Below the pieces are notes generated by a model, which was not told the DNA's origin, did no database searches, and worked only from the letters and a program-made list of their open reading frames with translations. Shown piece by piece: positions 51,466-64,000 of a stretch of 64,000 nt of DNA (position 1 is the first letter of the stretch; the number at the start of each line of letters is the position of its first letter). The translations under genes and the position numbers were made by a program. Origin of the DNA: Eledone cirrhosa (taxonomy: Eukaryota); contig OZ024746.1 in assembly GCA_964016885.1 (NCBI GenBank), positions 95,232,001 to 95,296,000 on the forward strand, in the 5' to 3' direction.

Positions 51466-52865
51466 GACATCATTAAAAAAGAATTACCAAAATAATAACA
51501 GGATATTAAGTGTTAAGTAAGAATTATGAAGAAATTTATTTTCAAAAGATAAATAAATATGAGAAAGAGATAAAAACAAAATTAAGTAATGAGAAAATGA
51601 AGAAGGGGTAAAGAAGAGCAGATATGGCTGTATGGGAAAGTAGAGGAAAGGACTATAAAAGCCATAAATGAGAGGGAAAACGGAGGGGGGGGGGGGCAGC
51701 AATGACTCTAAGGCCACAAGAAAAAGGAAGAGGGAAGGGGAGAGGGTGATGGCCTCTGCGCCTAGGACATGGAGGTGTTGGTGCTGTGCCCCACGGACAA
51801 GACTACAAAAGCATTTCCACAGACAATGGCCAGTGACACCTGCTGCAACAGCCACCCCACCTTGCAGGGCTTCTTCCTCAGATGGGCTGCTGACGTTCCA
51901 AAGTAAGAATTTATTCCATCGTGCTCTCCACTTAATTCTTAGTCATTAATTTACCAATATAACATAATAGTGAAAGATGGGGAGGGTGAGGGAGATGGCA
52001 GTGATGACAGTCGGAGTTTGGTCCCTCTGTGTTCAGACCTGGTGTCCGTGTATGCTTACTGTCTCATAACTACAGGTTGTTAAGCAAGAATTACTTCTAT
52101 CACTTTTCCCATCTAAATCTTAGTCTTAACCTGTTAACAGTACTCAACATTTTTCCCAATTTTTCCTTCTCTTTCTTTTTCTTGGTATCTTTCAAGCTAC
52201 CAATACATTTAGCAGTATCGGTAGAGGGTCGGACACCATGCTTTGCAGCATAAAGTTACAGCCCTTTACGGTCTGAGTCCAAATCCGGCCGAGTTTAACT
52301 TTGCCTTTCATCCTTACGGGGTCGATAAAATAAAGTACCAGTAATGCACTGGTGTAATTGCTGGCTTTGTGCCAAAAGTAGAAACAATCATTATCATCAT
52401 CATCGTTTAACACCCGTTTTCCTTGCTACCGAGGGTTGGTGAAGTCGTCACAGATCATGTCAGTACTTTTTCTTTTTACAAATTAAATATTGTTATTAAA
52501 TAACATATCATCATCATCATCATCATCATACGTCCGCTTTTCCCTGCTTGCAAGGGTGGGACGGGAACTGATTCTGACTTGATTTCTACAGCTGGATGCC
52601 CTTCCTAACACCAACCTCATTTACAGTGAGTGCTGGGTGCTTTTTTTCCGTGGCGCCTACACGTCCACTTTACAGTGAGGGCTGGGTGTTTTTTTGCCGT
52701 GGCACCTCCATGACCACTTGGCAGTGGAATGATAGGGACCCCCAGTCCTATCATCTCATTTCTACAGCTGAGTAAACTGGAGCAATGTGAAATAAAGTGT
52801 CTTGCTCAAGGAAACAACACATCACCCGGTCCGAGAATTGATGTGTTGTTTTCTTGAGCAAGACA

Positions 52866-53396
52866 TATATATATATATATATATATACATAAATGGCAAT
52901 TTCTGTCTGTTTGTTTGTGGATTTGTTTGTGAACCTAAAACTCAAAAACTACCATCCGATCTTGAAACTTGACACGGGTGTGGGACTCATGCCCATTTGA
53001 TTTCTTACGTACTTTGAAGTTTTAAAAAATCGATAATTTCCAGTCTGCATCGATTTTTTTAAAATGAATAGGAAATTTGTATGCAAATGCTCATATTTTC
53101 TGCCATAACCTTTAAAGCTCTCAACAGATTTCCTTCAAACTTGAAACACAGATAGATTATGTGCTAAGGATGGCTTTTTGTTAAAGAAAATTATCCAGAC
53201 CACCTGAGCAAAGCATAAGCTGATTTTTTTTATTAACCGATGAGCGAAATTTGGCTTCAGCTGGTGTGAGCTTAAAATGTTCTCCATAAATCAACTTAAT
53301 ATTCTCTGCTTGCTGTAACATTTATTTTTGGTCTGAGAGACATTAGGCATTTTAATGGGAACTGGGAATACCTCTGCTCCCGAGTACCTCAGCTAC
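52866..53396 (+). mobile_element. Non-autonomous Helitron-like element
   Basis: (TA)n-CATAAATGG...CTGTCTGTTTGTTTG head; end CCCGAGTACCTCAGCTAC (degenerate CTAG). Confidence 0.55.
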
Positions 53397-54774
53397 TATA
53401 TATATATAAATAACATTAAAACTTGCTCACAATTCTTTCAGAATAACATTACATATATAATGCCGTTGATAAATACAAATATGAATGCATATAACAAATA
53501 CAACTAACTATTACTAGGAACCTCATAGAACAGCACATCTTAATCGGAACTAATGATCTCTCCAGCGAGCCAGAGACCTGCTAACACCTCAATTAGAATA
53601 AGGATGAGCATGTTTCCTGTCTCACTCTTTTATTGAACCATAAACCTATATCATATGTTATATTATTGTATTAATGTAAAAACGCAGTGACCTCCCTTGG
53701 CATGATAGAGAGCTTCGCATTGTCAGTCATGATGGATGCAATTGAGTTTTGGTGATATTTTTATCGTTGATTTCAGATTTGTTTTAGATTAAGATTGGAA
53801 AATAGTTTCTCATTTCCAGCTGAACTAGTGAAATGAAGTGTTTTGCTCAAGAACACAACACGCAACTCAGTTCAAGAATCGAAGCCATTACATTATGATC
53901 GTAAGTCCAACACCCTTACAACAAAGCCATGCATCTTTCGTTATAATAAAAAAAAAATAGGGTTATTCCCCTTTAACCATAAACTTTCACGATATAGTCG
54001 TAGCGTTTTGTTTTCCAATATTTTATCAGATGAAACTGCAATAATGGTAAGAATTACAGTAGAGCGGATTTATTTTAGATTGCTCTGATAGGATAGCTAA
54101 CTTTGTAAAAGTTACTCTCTCTCTCTCTATATATATATATATCAAGTAAGTATGTTTTGAAACAGTGAGCAGGTTTGAAATTAGAAAATAGAATAGCTTT
54201 CACCGTATTTTTGACTAAAGAAATTTTAGCCTGATAATGGGGTTTAGAACCCTCAGATAAATGGAAAAAGATGAGTATTGACGTACATGGGAGTCGAACC
54301 CACATCTTTGGTTATCCAGACCACTGTGCTACCATTACACCAACACATCACCCATCTCCTTCCATTCAAATTAGAAGCTACATTATTAGCGAGTATAAAT
54401 GACAAGTAAGTCATATATATCGCACTTAAATGACAAGTAAGTCATATATATCGCACTTTGCTCCGATGATGACAGTAAAAATCTAAAAATTTAAAATATA
54501 TAACCAAATCATGAGTTATATATTTTAAATTTTTGGATTAGTATTCTCCCACGTCAACACATTTAAAATTTTTTAATTTACTTTCTTCATTCTTCTTCCT
54601 TTATAAAGTATCCTAATAATTATTTAAATTTACCTAGCGTCTAAATATAACGACTTTTTCAGTCTGTGCTTCTACTTCATTTACATATCCATCCTAAGGA
54701 TTTGAAATTTTTTCTTTTTTCCTTTTCCTTTTCACTATCCAAACGGAACCTGAACCGATAAGGTCTGGTTTCTG

Positions 54775-55003
54775 GGGTATGTCATTATTTATAAAACAAA
54801 TTTTGTATTTTATCTGATGAGAGCATACCAAAGTTTTTGGTACCCTTGAAATATATATAATAAAATAAATATGGTTTTATAAATATAGTTTTATAAATAT
54901 GGTTTTATAAATATAGTTTCCATTTATTAATATCATTGATTATACTCCAGATAACTTGTTGAGTGCTTCGAATCTGTTATAAATAAATTTGTTGAATTAC
55001 CAA
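54775..55003 (+). mobile_element. Hammerhead-carrying dispersed repeat, second copy
   Basis: Homologous to 30530-30762, with a small internal tandem expansion (aaatatrgttttat). Confidence 0.6.
54806..54867 (+). ncRNA. Minimal type I hammerhead ribozyme motif, second copy
   Basis: Perfect 8-bp stem I TATTTTAT/ATAAAATA, CTGATGA, TACCAAA/TTTGGTA stem II, GAAATATATATA. Confidence 0.75.
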
Positions 55004-57789
55004 TATATCATCATTATTATCATCACCTTTTAGCGTCCACTTATCCATGCTTGCATGGGTTAGACGGGTCATCCATGCCAGGAGGCAAGTCTGCCTGGAG
55101 TTAACCATGCCGCACTTTGCTCCGATGATGACAGTAAAGTTGGTATTTTACAACTGGATGCCCTTCCTAACACCAACCACATTGACAGTGTGGAACTGGA
55201 TGATTCCGTTATGAGGAAGGACAGGCCAGTTGGCCACACCAAACCCATCTCACAGCGGAACCAGAGTTTTGGAACCCAACCCATCTCACAGCTTAGTCAC
55301 AGTTTAGGAGCCTAGCACTCTATGTGACAAACTCTTCTTAATATGAAACTGCATTTTGGGAGCCTGGGACAGGAAGGCACTGCTATGAGGAAGAACTGGC
55401 TAGTTGGCAGCACCAAACCCTTCACACAGTGAACCTTCGGGTATTGGATGCCACGTGACACCACTATGATAAGGGACAGTCCAGTTGGCTGCGCTGAACT
55501 CATCTTACAGCAGAACCATAGTTTCAGAGCCCAGCACTAAATGACACCATTATGAGGAGGTACAGACCCTTCTCAGAGCGGCACCCCAGTTTTGGAGCCT
55601 ACACAACTATTTTACAGTGTGTGCTGGATGCTTTTTGTCATGACACCTACACGACCCCTTTAGAGTGTGTTCTGGGTACCTTTTTGTTGTGACACCTACA
55701 CGACCACTTTACAGTGTGGGATAGGGTGCTTTTGGTCATGTACATGACCACTTTACAGTGTGTGCTGGGCACTTTTGTCATGTCACCACCACGATCACTT
55801 TAAAGTGTGGACTGGTTGTGGTGGAAGAGATGTATGGGGATTGGGGATGTGGCTATTTGGATGTGTGTGAGGGGTAGAGTGTTAGGATGTGGGAAGTGAT
55901 TAGAAGGGAAGTGGAGGTGAAGGTGGTGCACACTATAAGTATAGTTCAGCCTGTGCTCATGAGGAGGTGTATGGAATAGGGTGGGGTGGAGGTGAAGTTG
56001 GTGCACACTATATGTATAGTTCAGCCTGTGCTCATGAGGAGGTGTATGGAATAGGGTGGGGTGGAGGTGAAGTTGGTGCACACTATATGTGTGCTTCAGC
56101 CTGTGCTCATGAGGAGGAGGAGGCAGGTCTTCTATATTACTGCATAACGCCACAGATGCTGGTCACCTGTGTCATCACCTTTCACATGAATTTACACTCT
56201 CTGCCAATATTACAAAAGTTAGAGAATATATTTTATTACCTCTTTAGCATTTAAACCGGCCATACTTTCTCTCACCTTTTTCTGTTCAAACTGGTCATAA
56301 CCAGCTGTTCATACTGATGTGGATGTATTGTTCTCAAAATAAATAATATCAAAATCTCATAAATTTGATATTATGTGAGATAATTATGTGAGGTAAAGCC
56401 TTTACCATTAAAATATAATTGTAAATATAGAGTAATGTAAATGTTATGTGAGATATTTATGTGAGGTAAAGCCTTTACTGTGACAATACAATAGTAAATA
56501 TAGAGTAATGTAAATGGTAAAGGGTCAACCCAAGAAGGATGAAAAACAAAGTTGAATTTCGCAGGATTTGAACTCAGAATATAGAGGGCTGTAACTAAAG
56601 GTTGCAAAGCATTTTGTCCAATGCTCTGTCAATCCAGCTTATGATACAAAACTGTTTATTTTAGCTAAATATATTTCATCATAATCTTATGTAAGAGTCT
56701 TCATTAAGTTATGTTCCAAACACAGGCGTAATAATGTTAGTTGCATTACTAATTCTTAATTATTTTCACAATGATCTGAAAATCAAACGCAGTATGTTTT
56801 ATTAGAAATATGGTATGGTATGGTATGGACCTGTAACCCCTGAGGAGTTGTAGTGGCGCCATATTGACTTGCAGCGTTTCTAGGACTTTTTTTTATCTCC
56901 TTTCCAGGCCTGAATACAGTAGATTTCTTCCAGAGAAGGATAGAGACAGTGAAAGAAAGGAAGTGAGAAAGAGATATAGAGGAAGAATCAACTCAAGTAT
57001 TAGACTGGTACTTTTTCATCGACCATAAATGGATGAAAGGCAAAATTGACCTCAGCGGGATTTGAACTCTGAGAGCAGAGAGCTGGAACAAATACCACAA
57101 CGAATTCTATCTGACGTTCTAACAACTCTGCCATGCCAATTCGCTGCCCAAATATGGTAACAAAAGGGTTACAGCACAGAATTCACAGCTAAGGCTTTTG
57201 TCAAGACAATATTTTTATTACTATTTTTAATATTTTTAAATGTTCCACAATAGTATTTTTTACATTTTATGTGCTCAGATGTAGGCTATTATTACTATTA
57301 ATATAAAGAAACATATTTGTTAGGTAAATGTTTTGTACATTTCCATAAATAAACTACTTTAACCTAATCTAACCTGTCATTAAGGTGGGCTATGTTAGAT
57401 TAGTTTATGTAGGAAAGCATGCAAAATATGCATCTTTATGTCTCTCGATAGGCATGGTTGGCAAAGCTTTTATTATTTTTTTATAAAATTAACTCTGAAT
57501 TGAGAGATCACTGCTCCGATACTATGGACATGTGGTTAGAATGTCTCAAGAAAGAATCGCGGCACAGATTTTATGGGCAAAACCAACCGTCAGGAAACCC
57601 AAGGGTAGACCCCAAGCAAGATGGTTGGATAATATCCCTGAGCTTGGCTGGTCTCACTTGAGGATCCAGCTGGATTAGTTGGAGACAGTTGCTTCTGACA
57701 GGACCTGCTGAAGGGAGTGTTTGAGAACTCTGCCCCCATGACCTGCCTAGAAGAAGAAGAAGAAGAAGAAGAAGAAGAATGTTGTTCCT

Positions 57790-58345
57790 GTGGGCACCTG
57801 ATTTCATACGGGGGATTTTGTGGACAGGGAAATCAAAGTTGAAAGAACTGGATTTTGCCAATGACATCGCCTTGCTTGCTGAAGACAGCACGAACCTGCA
57901 GGAGATAACAACCTCCCTGCAGCTGAATGCCAAGAAGTTTGGGTTACGAGTGAACACCGAAAAGACGAAGGTTATGAAGGTGGGAACCCCAGGTGGCAGT
58001 TAAGGGGAACCAACAAGAGATGGATGAAGTCAACCACTTCATGTACCTTGGCAACAGTGATGACATCAGCACACATACATCAAGCTGTGCTTGTACACCA
58101 ACATTGTGTTCCCATGGCCATCTACGCCTGTGAAACATGGAAATGTACTGCCAAGACAGATAGGTATCTAGACACGTCCCATCAAAGGTGCCTGTGTAAA
58201 ATTCTAAAGGTCACCTGGCCAGATCAGGTTAGGAACGGAAAGATCATTCAGAGAGCAGGCTCGCATTCACTGCAAATAATCTTCATGGAACATTGGTTCC
58301 ATTTTGTGGGTCACCTTTTGCACCTCCCAGAACACTGCCCATCGT
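57790..58345 (+). mobile_element. Decayed RTE-type RT fragment
   Basis: LDFANDIALL, GLRVNTEKTKVM, IYACETW, HQRCL.KILKVTW, FVGHLL. Confidence 0.8.
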
Positions 58346-58714
58346 GTTAGTATCATGACAAAAAGCATGTGGCCCATACTGTAAAGTGGTTGGTGTTAGG
58401 AAGGGCATCCAGCTGTAGAAACCAAGCCAGAAACAGTTCTGTATAAGCAAGTCGTGGTCACCTGACCCAACGGAAAAAATAGATCTTAAACAATGATGAT
58501 GATATGTAAAATCCACTCCATTATTTGATTGGCCCTTGTTTCCTAAAACTTCGATTAATTTATGTGGTTGGAGTACTTTCCCTTGCTTTCCTTGTATTTT
58601 TGTTTTCAGATCATGTCAGGTAGTTGAAGTTTTTCAGCTCACCGCATTTCATGAGAAATTATATATATATATATATACATATATATATTGTTATACTTTG
58701 GGAGGGTCATGTTG

Positions 58715-58782
<68 letters not shown>

Positions 58783-58933
58783 TAACAGATTAAAGTTTAA
58801 GCAAAGAATTGCTGCTTTCCACCCTTAACGGGATCTTCTGAAACTCATATTTGCTCTACGGTTCTTATATATTTGATATATATTTATCCTTATCGAGCCC
58901 TCTTTGGATTTTAGTCTTCAAATTTATTATTAT

Positions 58934-58987
<54 letters not shown>

Positions 58988-59017
58988 GGAGGGTCATATT
59001 GTTGTAATATTGCCAGA

Positions 59018-60052
59018 AATAATAACAGGACACAATGCAGCAATGGATCACAGACTGGCAACTGAAGCTGGCTGTGGACAAGTGTACCACCATGCATTTT
59101 GGGAGGAAAAATCCAGCGTCCACATACTCCCTCCACAACACTGATATCAAGAAGTCCTCCTGTGAACGTGACCTGGGCATTACTGTCAGCAGCGATTTAC
59201 GTTGGACAAAGCACATCTCTAAGATTGTCAAGAAGGCCGAGGGTGTCTTGGCATCACTCAGCAAGACCTTTGTTAGCCGCTCTCCAGCCATTTATTTAAA
59301 ACTGTATACAGCTATGGTACGACCACACTTGGAATTCGCATCATCAGTCTGGAACCCCTATCTTGCTCAGAACATTGACCTCCTGGAAACTGTTCAGAGA
59401 CGTGCAACCAAGCGCATAGCCTCCATCAGACACCTACCATACTCTGAACGCCTTGCTTCCCTGGGCATGGATTCATTGAAGCTCCGACATCTGGCAATGG
59501 TCTTGGTGAATACCCACAAAGTTATTAACCATCTCGCCAATTGCAACCCTGAGCACCTTTTTAATCTCCATGTGTCTAACACACGTGGACATGCCTACAA
59601 AATCAGAAAACAGCACAGCTCCCATGACTTTCGTAGACATTTTTTCACGCTCAGAGTTGCTGAAGCATGGAACAAACTGCCTGCGTCAGTTGTTAGCTGC
59701 CGAGACACTGCATCCTTGAAGACACTCATGCTTCCCGAAATACGCCAAAACTACACCTGATGTACCCCTTCCATACACATGCACACGTGTGTATCATGAC
59801 TCGTGCACTGTTCATTTTCCTGATGTTTGTGCATTGCCCTATGTACTGTACATGCACTTTTTGATGAGTTGTGGTGCACCTGGGCACTGTACACAATATT
59901 TCATTATTATTATTGTTATTATTATTATATCATAACTCATACACTGTTCATTTTCCTGACATTTGTACATTATTCTATGTACTATACATGCACCTTTGAT
60001 GAGTTGTAGTGCACCTGAGCACTGTACACAATAATTTAATTATTATTATTAT
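59018..60052 (+). mobile_element. CR1-like LINE 3' end with duplicated 3' UTR
   Basis: Open 241-aa ORF2 C-terminus (ERDLGITVSSDLRW, LYTAMVRPHLEFASSVWNPY, LETVQRRATK, TRGH, FFTLRV...WNKLP); (ATT)n tails; tail copies at 5290-5490 (-) and 60725-60790. Confidence 0.92.
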
Positions 60053-60184
60053 ATAGAACACACTCACTGTTTGGTTGGTTTTTGCTTCTGTATCTTTTAT
60101 ATCTCCATAGTTAATTTATTTAGCAATCAATGTTTATCATTGACCAACGGTTAAAAATACAGATATAAATATATACAGTATATA

Positions 60185-60236
60185 TAGTCAATCAAAGTTC
60201 TTTCGTTGCACATCTGCAACATCATCAGTGGTACTA
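60185..60236 (-). ncRNA. Degenerate hammerhead-like motif
   Basis: Minus strand CTGATGA-T-GTTGCA(gatg)TGCAAC-GAAAGAACTT; stems I and III are imperfect. Confidence 0.45.
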
Positions 60237-62151
60237 TTATGTTTCCTCCTATTGTATTGTATGTCTACGCCATTTTTATTTTTATTTATTTCTTCTTGCC
60301 TCTGTCTCTATGCATGCGTTTGCATGTGTTATATATATATATATATATATATAGTTTGATAAATGAAACAAAACAAACACAGGGATGCAAAAATGCAAAA
60401 TCATATTAGGTTGGAGGAAGTGGAGGCTGGTTCTACGTTTCAGATAGAAGTCCTTCATCATATGTATATATATATATATATGTATATGTATATGTATATA
60501 TATAAATAGGGAGACACAAAACAGGCTTTGTTTACAAATAGCTAGCAAATTTGAAAATTAGGTAGTAACATGTGCTTACCCCGTATTGAATGGAAAAGGG
60601 GGTGAGTATTGACGTACATGGGACACAAACCCACATCTTTGGTTTGCCGGACCAGTGTGTTACCATAGCAGGTATATATATATGTACAAAAGTGTATGTA
60701 TTGTACATTATCCTAAGTACTATACATACACTTTTGATGAGTTGTAGTGCACCTGAGCACTGTATACAATATTTTCATTATTATTATTATATAAATAGGG
60801 AGACACAAAGCAGGCTTTGTTTACAAATTCAGAATTTTTTTTAAAATCCCAACTAACAGACTAATTCTATTTAGTCAAATACAGCGTAAGCACATGCTAC
60901 TACCTAATTATATATCATCATCATCATCATTTTACGTCCGCTTTTCCCTGCTTGCAAGGGTGGGACGGGAACTGATTCTGGCTTGATTTCTACAGCTGGA
61001 TGCCCTTCCTAACACCAACCTCATTTACAGTGTGGGCTGGGTGCTTTTTTGCCGTGGCACCTCCACGACCACTTTACAGTGGAATGATAGGGACCCCAGT
61101 CCCTATCATCTCATTTCTACAGCTGAATAAACTGGAGCAATGTGAAATAAAGTGTCTTGCTCAAGGAAACAACACATCACCCGGTCTGAGAATTGAACTC
61201 ACAACCTTTCGATTGCAAGGCCAATGCTCTAACCACTAAGCCATGTGCCTATATGTCATCATCATATATATGTGTGTGTGTGTATGCTTCAATGTGTGTG
61301 TGAGTGTAGACATGTCTGTTTAAGAAGTTCAGTTTGCAACCACAAGGTTGCCATTTTACACTGATCTATGGCCTCAGAACCACAAATTTAGAGAACGTTT
61401 TCTGGTAGACAGACTAATGGAGTCAATAATATGAAGGGAGAACAATTGATAAATTTCCCTTGTGAAAATCAGTCTGCTTTTTGATAATGAAAAAGACAGT
61501 ACACATAACATATTGCATCTATACGTACATCTTTTTCTGTTGTTCATTGCTGCACATGATTTCGAAGTAGATCATGTTACAAATAAAAACATTAAAATTA
61601 AAGTGGTGTTTTGTTCATTTGTTAATTGTTATCCATGTGATATGGGGAAATCATCTTCTCCATGGTAATATCACTTTATACCACAACAGAGTACATCTTG
61701 TTTCATTGAATATGACAAAACTTCTCTCAACTTACTGAGACATACTTCACTTACTCACTTGGCAGTATTGGTAGAGCGTCAGACACTATGCTTTGCAGCA
61801 TAGAGCTATGGCCCTTTACGTTCTAAGTTAAAATCACACCACGGTTATCTTTGCTTTTCATCATTACAGGGTCGATAAAATAAAATACCAGTAATGCACT
61901 GAGGTCTATTTGATCAACTTTCCTATCCCTCAAAATTTCTCACCTTGTGCCTATAGTAGAAATCATTATTTGAGACGCATAGAGTTACGGCCCTTGCCAT
62001 TCTGAGTTCAAATCCTGCCGAGGTTAACTTTGTCCTTCATCCTTACGGGGATAAAATAAAGTACCAGTAATGTACTGAGTAATTGCTGGCCTTGTGCCAA
62101 AAGTAGAAACAATTATTTAACCAACAAGCTACTCACTCACCTTCACACTTC

Positions 62152-62153
62152 AT

Positions 62154-62185
<32 letters not shown>

Positions 62186-62225
62186 TTACTATTGTTACTA
62201 CTACTACTACTACTACTACTACTAC
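62152..62225. repeat. (ACT)n microsatellite
   Basis: Direct inspection. Confidence 0.9.
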
Positions 62226-62574
62226 AAATGACTGAATCAATGAGGCAGCAACAAACAAACCCAAAACTCATATTAACCACCATTAAATATAGACCAGTCC
62301 TTATCCTACTTTCCTCAGTATTAAAGACAAACAAATACCAGGGATTGTCTGGCCGCTTCCTCTTCCATCTGGTAACTGTCTAGAGTCTAGACCTCAAGTG
62401 TACGCAGATCTTGTACTGCTGAGCTCCTTTGCAAGATCAGAATGTCAGCAGCTCATCTGAGGAAGGAGCCCCGTGAGGTGGGTGGTTGTTGCTGCAAGTG
62501 TCGCTGGCCAGACCCGACTTCCCACAGGTACAAGCTGAAGCTGAAGCATACAGACAATATGCTCCCACCCCCTC

Positions 62575-63172
62575 CCACTGAAAAGTGGTCATGTAGGCGC
62601 CACGGAAAAAAAGCACCCAGCCCACACTGTAAAGTGGTCGTGTAGGCACCACGGAAAAAAAGCACCCAACCCACACTGTAAAGTGGTCGTGTAGGCACCA
62701 CGGAAAAAAAGCACCCAGCCCACACTGTAAAGTGGTCGTGTAGGCACCACGGAAAAAAAGCACCCAGCCCACACTGTAAAGTGGTCGTGTAGGCACCACG
62801 GAAAAAAAGCACCCAGCCCACACTGTAAAGTGGTCGTGTAGGCACCACGGAAAAAAAGCACCCAGCCCACACTGTAAAGTGGTCGTGTAGGCACCACGGA
62901 AAAAAAGCACCCAGCCCACACTGTAAAGTGGTCGTGTAGGCACCACGGAAAAAAAGCACCCAGCCCACACTGTAAAGTGGTCGTGTAGGCACCACGGAAA
63001 AAAAGCACCCAGCCCACACTGTAAAGTGGTCGTGTAGGCACCATGGAAAAAAAGCACCCAGCCCACACTGTAAAGTGGATGTGTAGGCACCATGGAAAAA
63101 AAGCACCCAGCCCACACTGTAAAGTGGATGTGTAGGCACCATGGAAAAAAATCACCCAGCACTCACTGTAAA
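62575..63172. repeat. 44-bp minisatellite expanded inside a SINE/RTE 3' module
   Basis: Unit GCACCCAGCCCACACTGTAAAGTGGTCGTGTAGGCACCACGGAAAAAAA-type, about 13 copies, followed by the family tail ending in (GAT)n near 63314. Confidence 0.9.
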
Positions 63173-64000
63173 TGAGGTTGGTGTTAGGAAGGGCATCCAG
63201 CTGTAGAAATAAAGCCAAAATCAGTTCCCGTATGAGCAAGACAAGGTCACCCAACAACCTGTCTAACCCATGCTAGCGTGGAAGAATGGACATAAAACGG
63301 TGATGATGATGATGAGTTTTGCCTGCAGAATGCAGCCCCAATACTGCTGAACCCTACGCCCAGAGCCCATCAATCTCTCCCCTTCCCCCTCCTTTTCTTC
63401 TGTGACCCTAGAGTCCTTGCTTTTCTCGTGGTCATAGAGTCTGTGCTGTTTCCCTCCTTTTCCTCTATTTATGGCATTTATAGTCCTTTCCTCTACTTTC
63501 CCTTACAGCCGGATCTGCCCTTCTTTACTCTGTCCCCATTTTCTCATAACTTAAAGTAAGGAGTGCGGATTGCGTACGGTTTATAATTTTTTATCCTGTT
63601 AGTAAAATAATTTGGATTACTTGGAATAAATAATGAATGAATATTACATAAATTATCTACTAAATTTCGTTATTCTTGATTAAATATAAATAATATTGTT
63701 GCTTATTTAAAGATTCATTTCTTTAAAATTTTCAAATGTCAACACTTCCGGTTACCGATCGCTTAAATAAACATTCATATATTTCCGTCACTAATTTTCT
63801 CCTAATGCAGTTTATATATAATATCGTCTTCTTTAATGTATCATGGATTACGTTACTGATTACATAAGACAGTGTAACATAGTCTTCGTTCAATTTCTGT
63901 GTATATTGTCAATTACGATTTTATTTGATGTATCATATCTACATGTATATATACTTGCGTATAATATCAATATACACACTACACATGCTAGCAGAAATCT

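Noticed and set aside
54024-54090. Three-stem hammerhead-like fold
   Set aside because: Both conserved boxes are defective (GATGA lacks CT; GAGC in place of GAAA). At best a dead relic.
56130-56200. Possible internal exon of the putative upstream gene
   Set aside because: An acceptor-like GGCAG is present, but all frames hit early stops or give an incompatible phase.
58804-58850. Minus-strand CAGAAGA-TCCC/GGG-GAAAGC hammerhead-like relic
   Set aside because: Core U4 is substituted and there is no valid stem III or cleavage triplet.
62437-63257. Three overlapping 220-240-aa ORFs
   Set aside because: Product of a stop-free 44-bp tandem repeat.

Overview
This is AT-rich, repeat-dense eukaryotic DNA. 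Its SINE, LINE and microsatellite content suggests a coleoid cephalopod (Octopus-like), which is an inference. The one well-supported gene is a minus-strand, intron-rich ABCB-type half transporter. Seven GT-AG coding exons between 28615 and 3845 splice in consistent phase to 465 codons, covering an ABCB9/TAPL-like N-terminal TMD0 and most of the core membrane domain. The NBD lies beyond the left edge of the window. A possible terminal exon of a second minus-strand gene sits near 50.2 kb. The rest is mostly mobile DNA: RTE, CR1-like, Tx1-like, CRE-like and R4-like LINE fragments, tRNA-headed SINEs, TTAA and hAT MITEs, non-autonomous Helitrons and a mariner relic. There are also large tandem arrays with 28, 40, 44, 47 and 48 bp units. 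The most notable observations are (i) several minimal type I hammerhead ribozymes of the Penelope-associated kind, (ii) a 48-bp minisatellite made from the end of coding exon 1 and its 5' splice site, giving nine out-of-frame decoy donors, and (iii) long near-perfect intronic inverted repeats.
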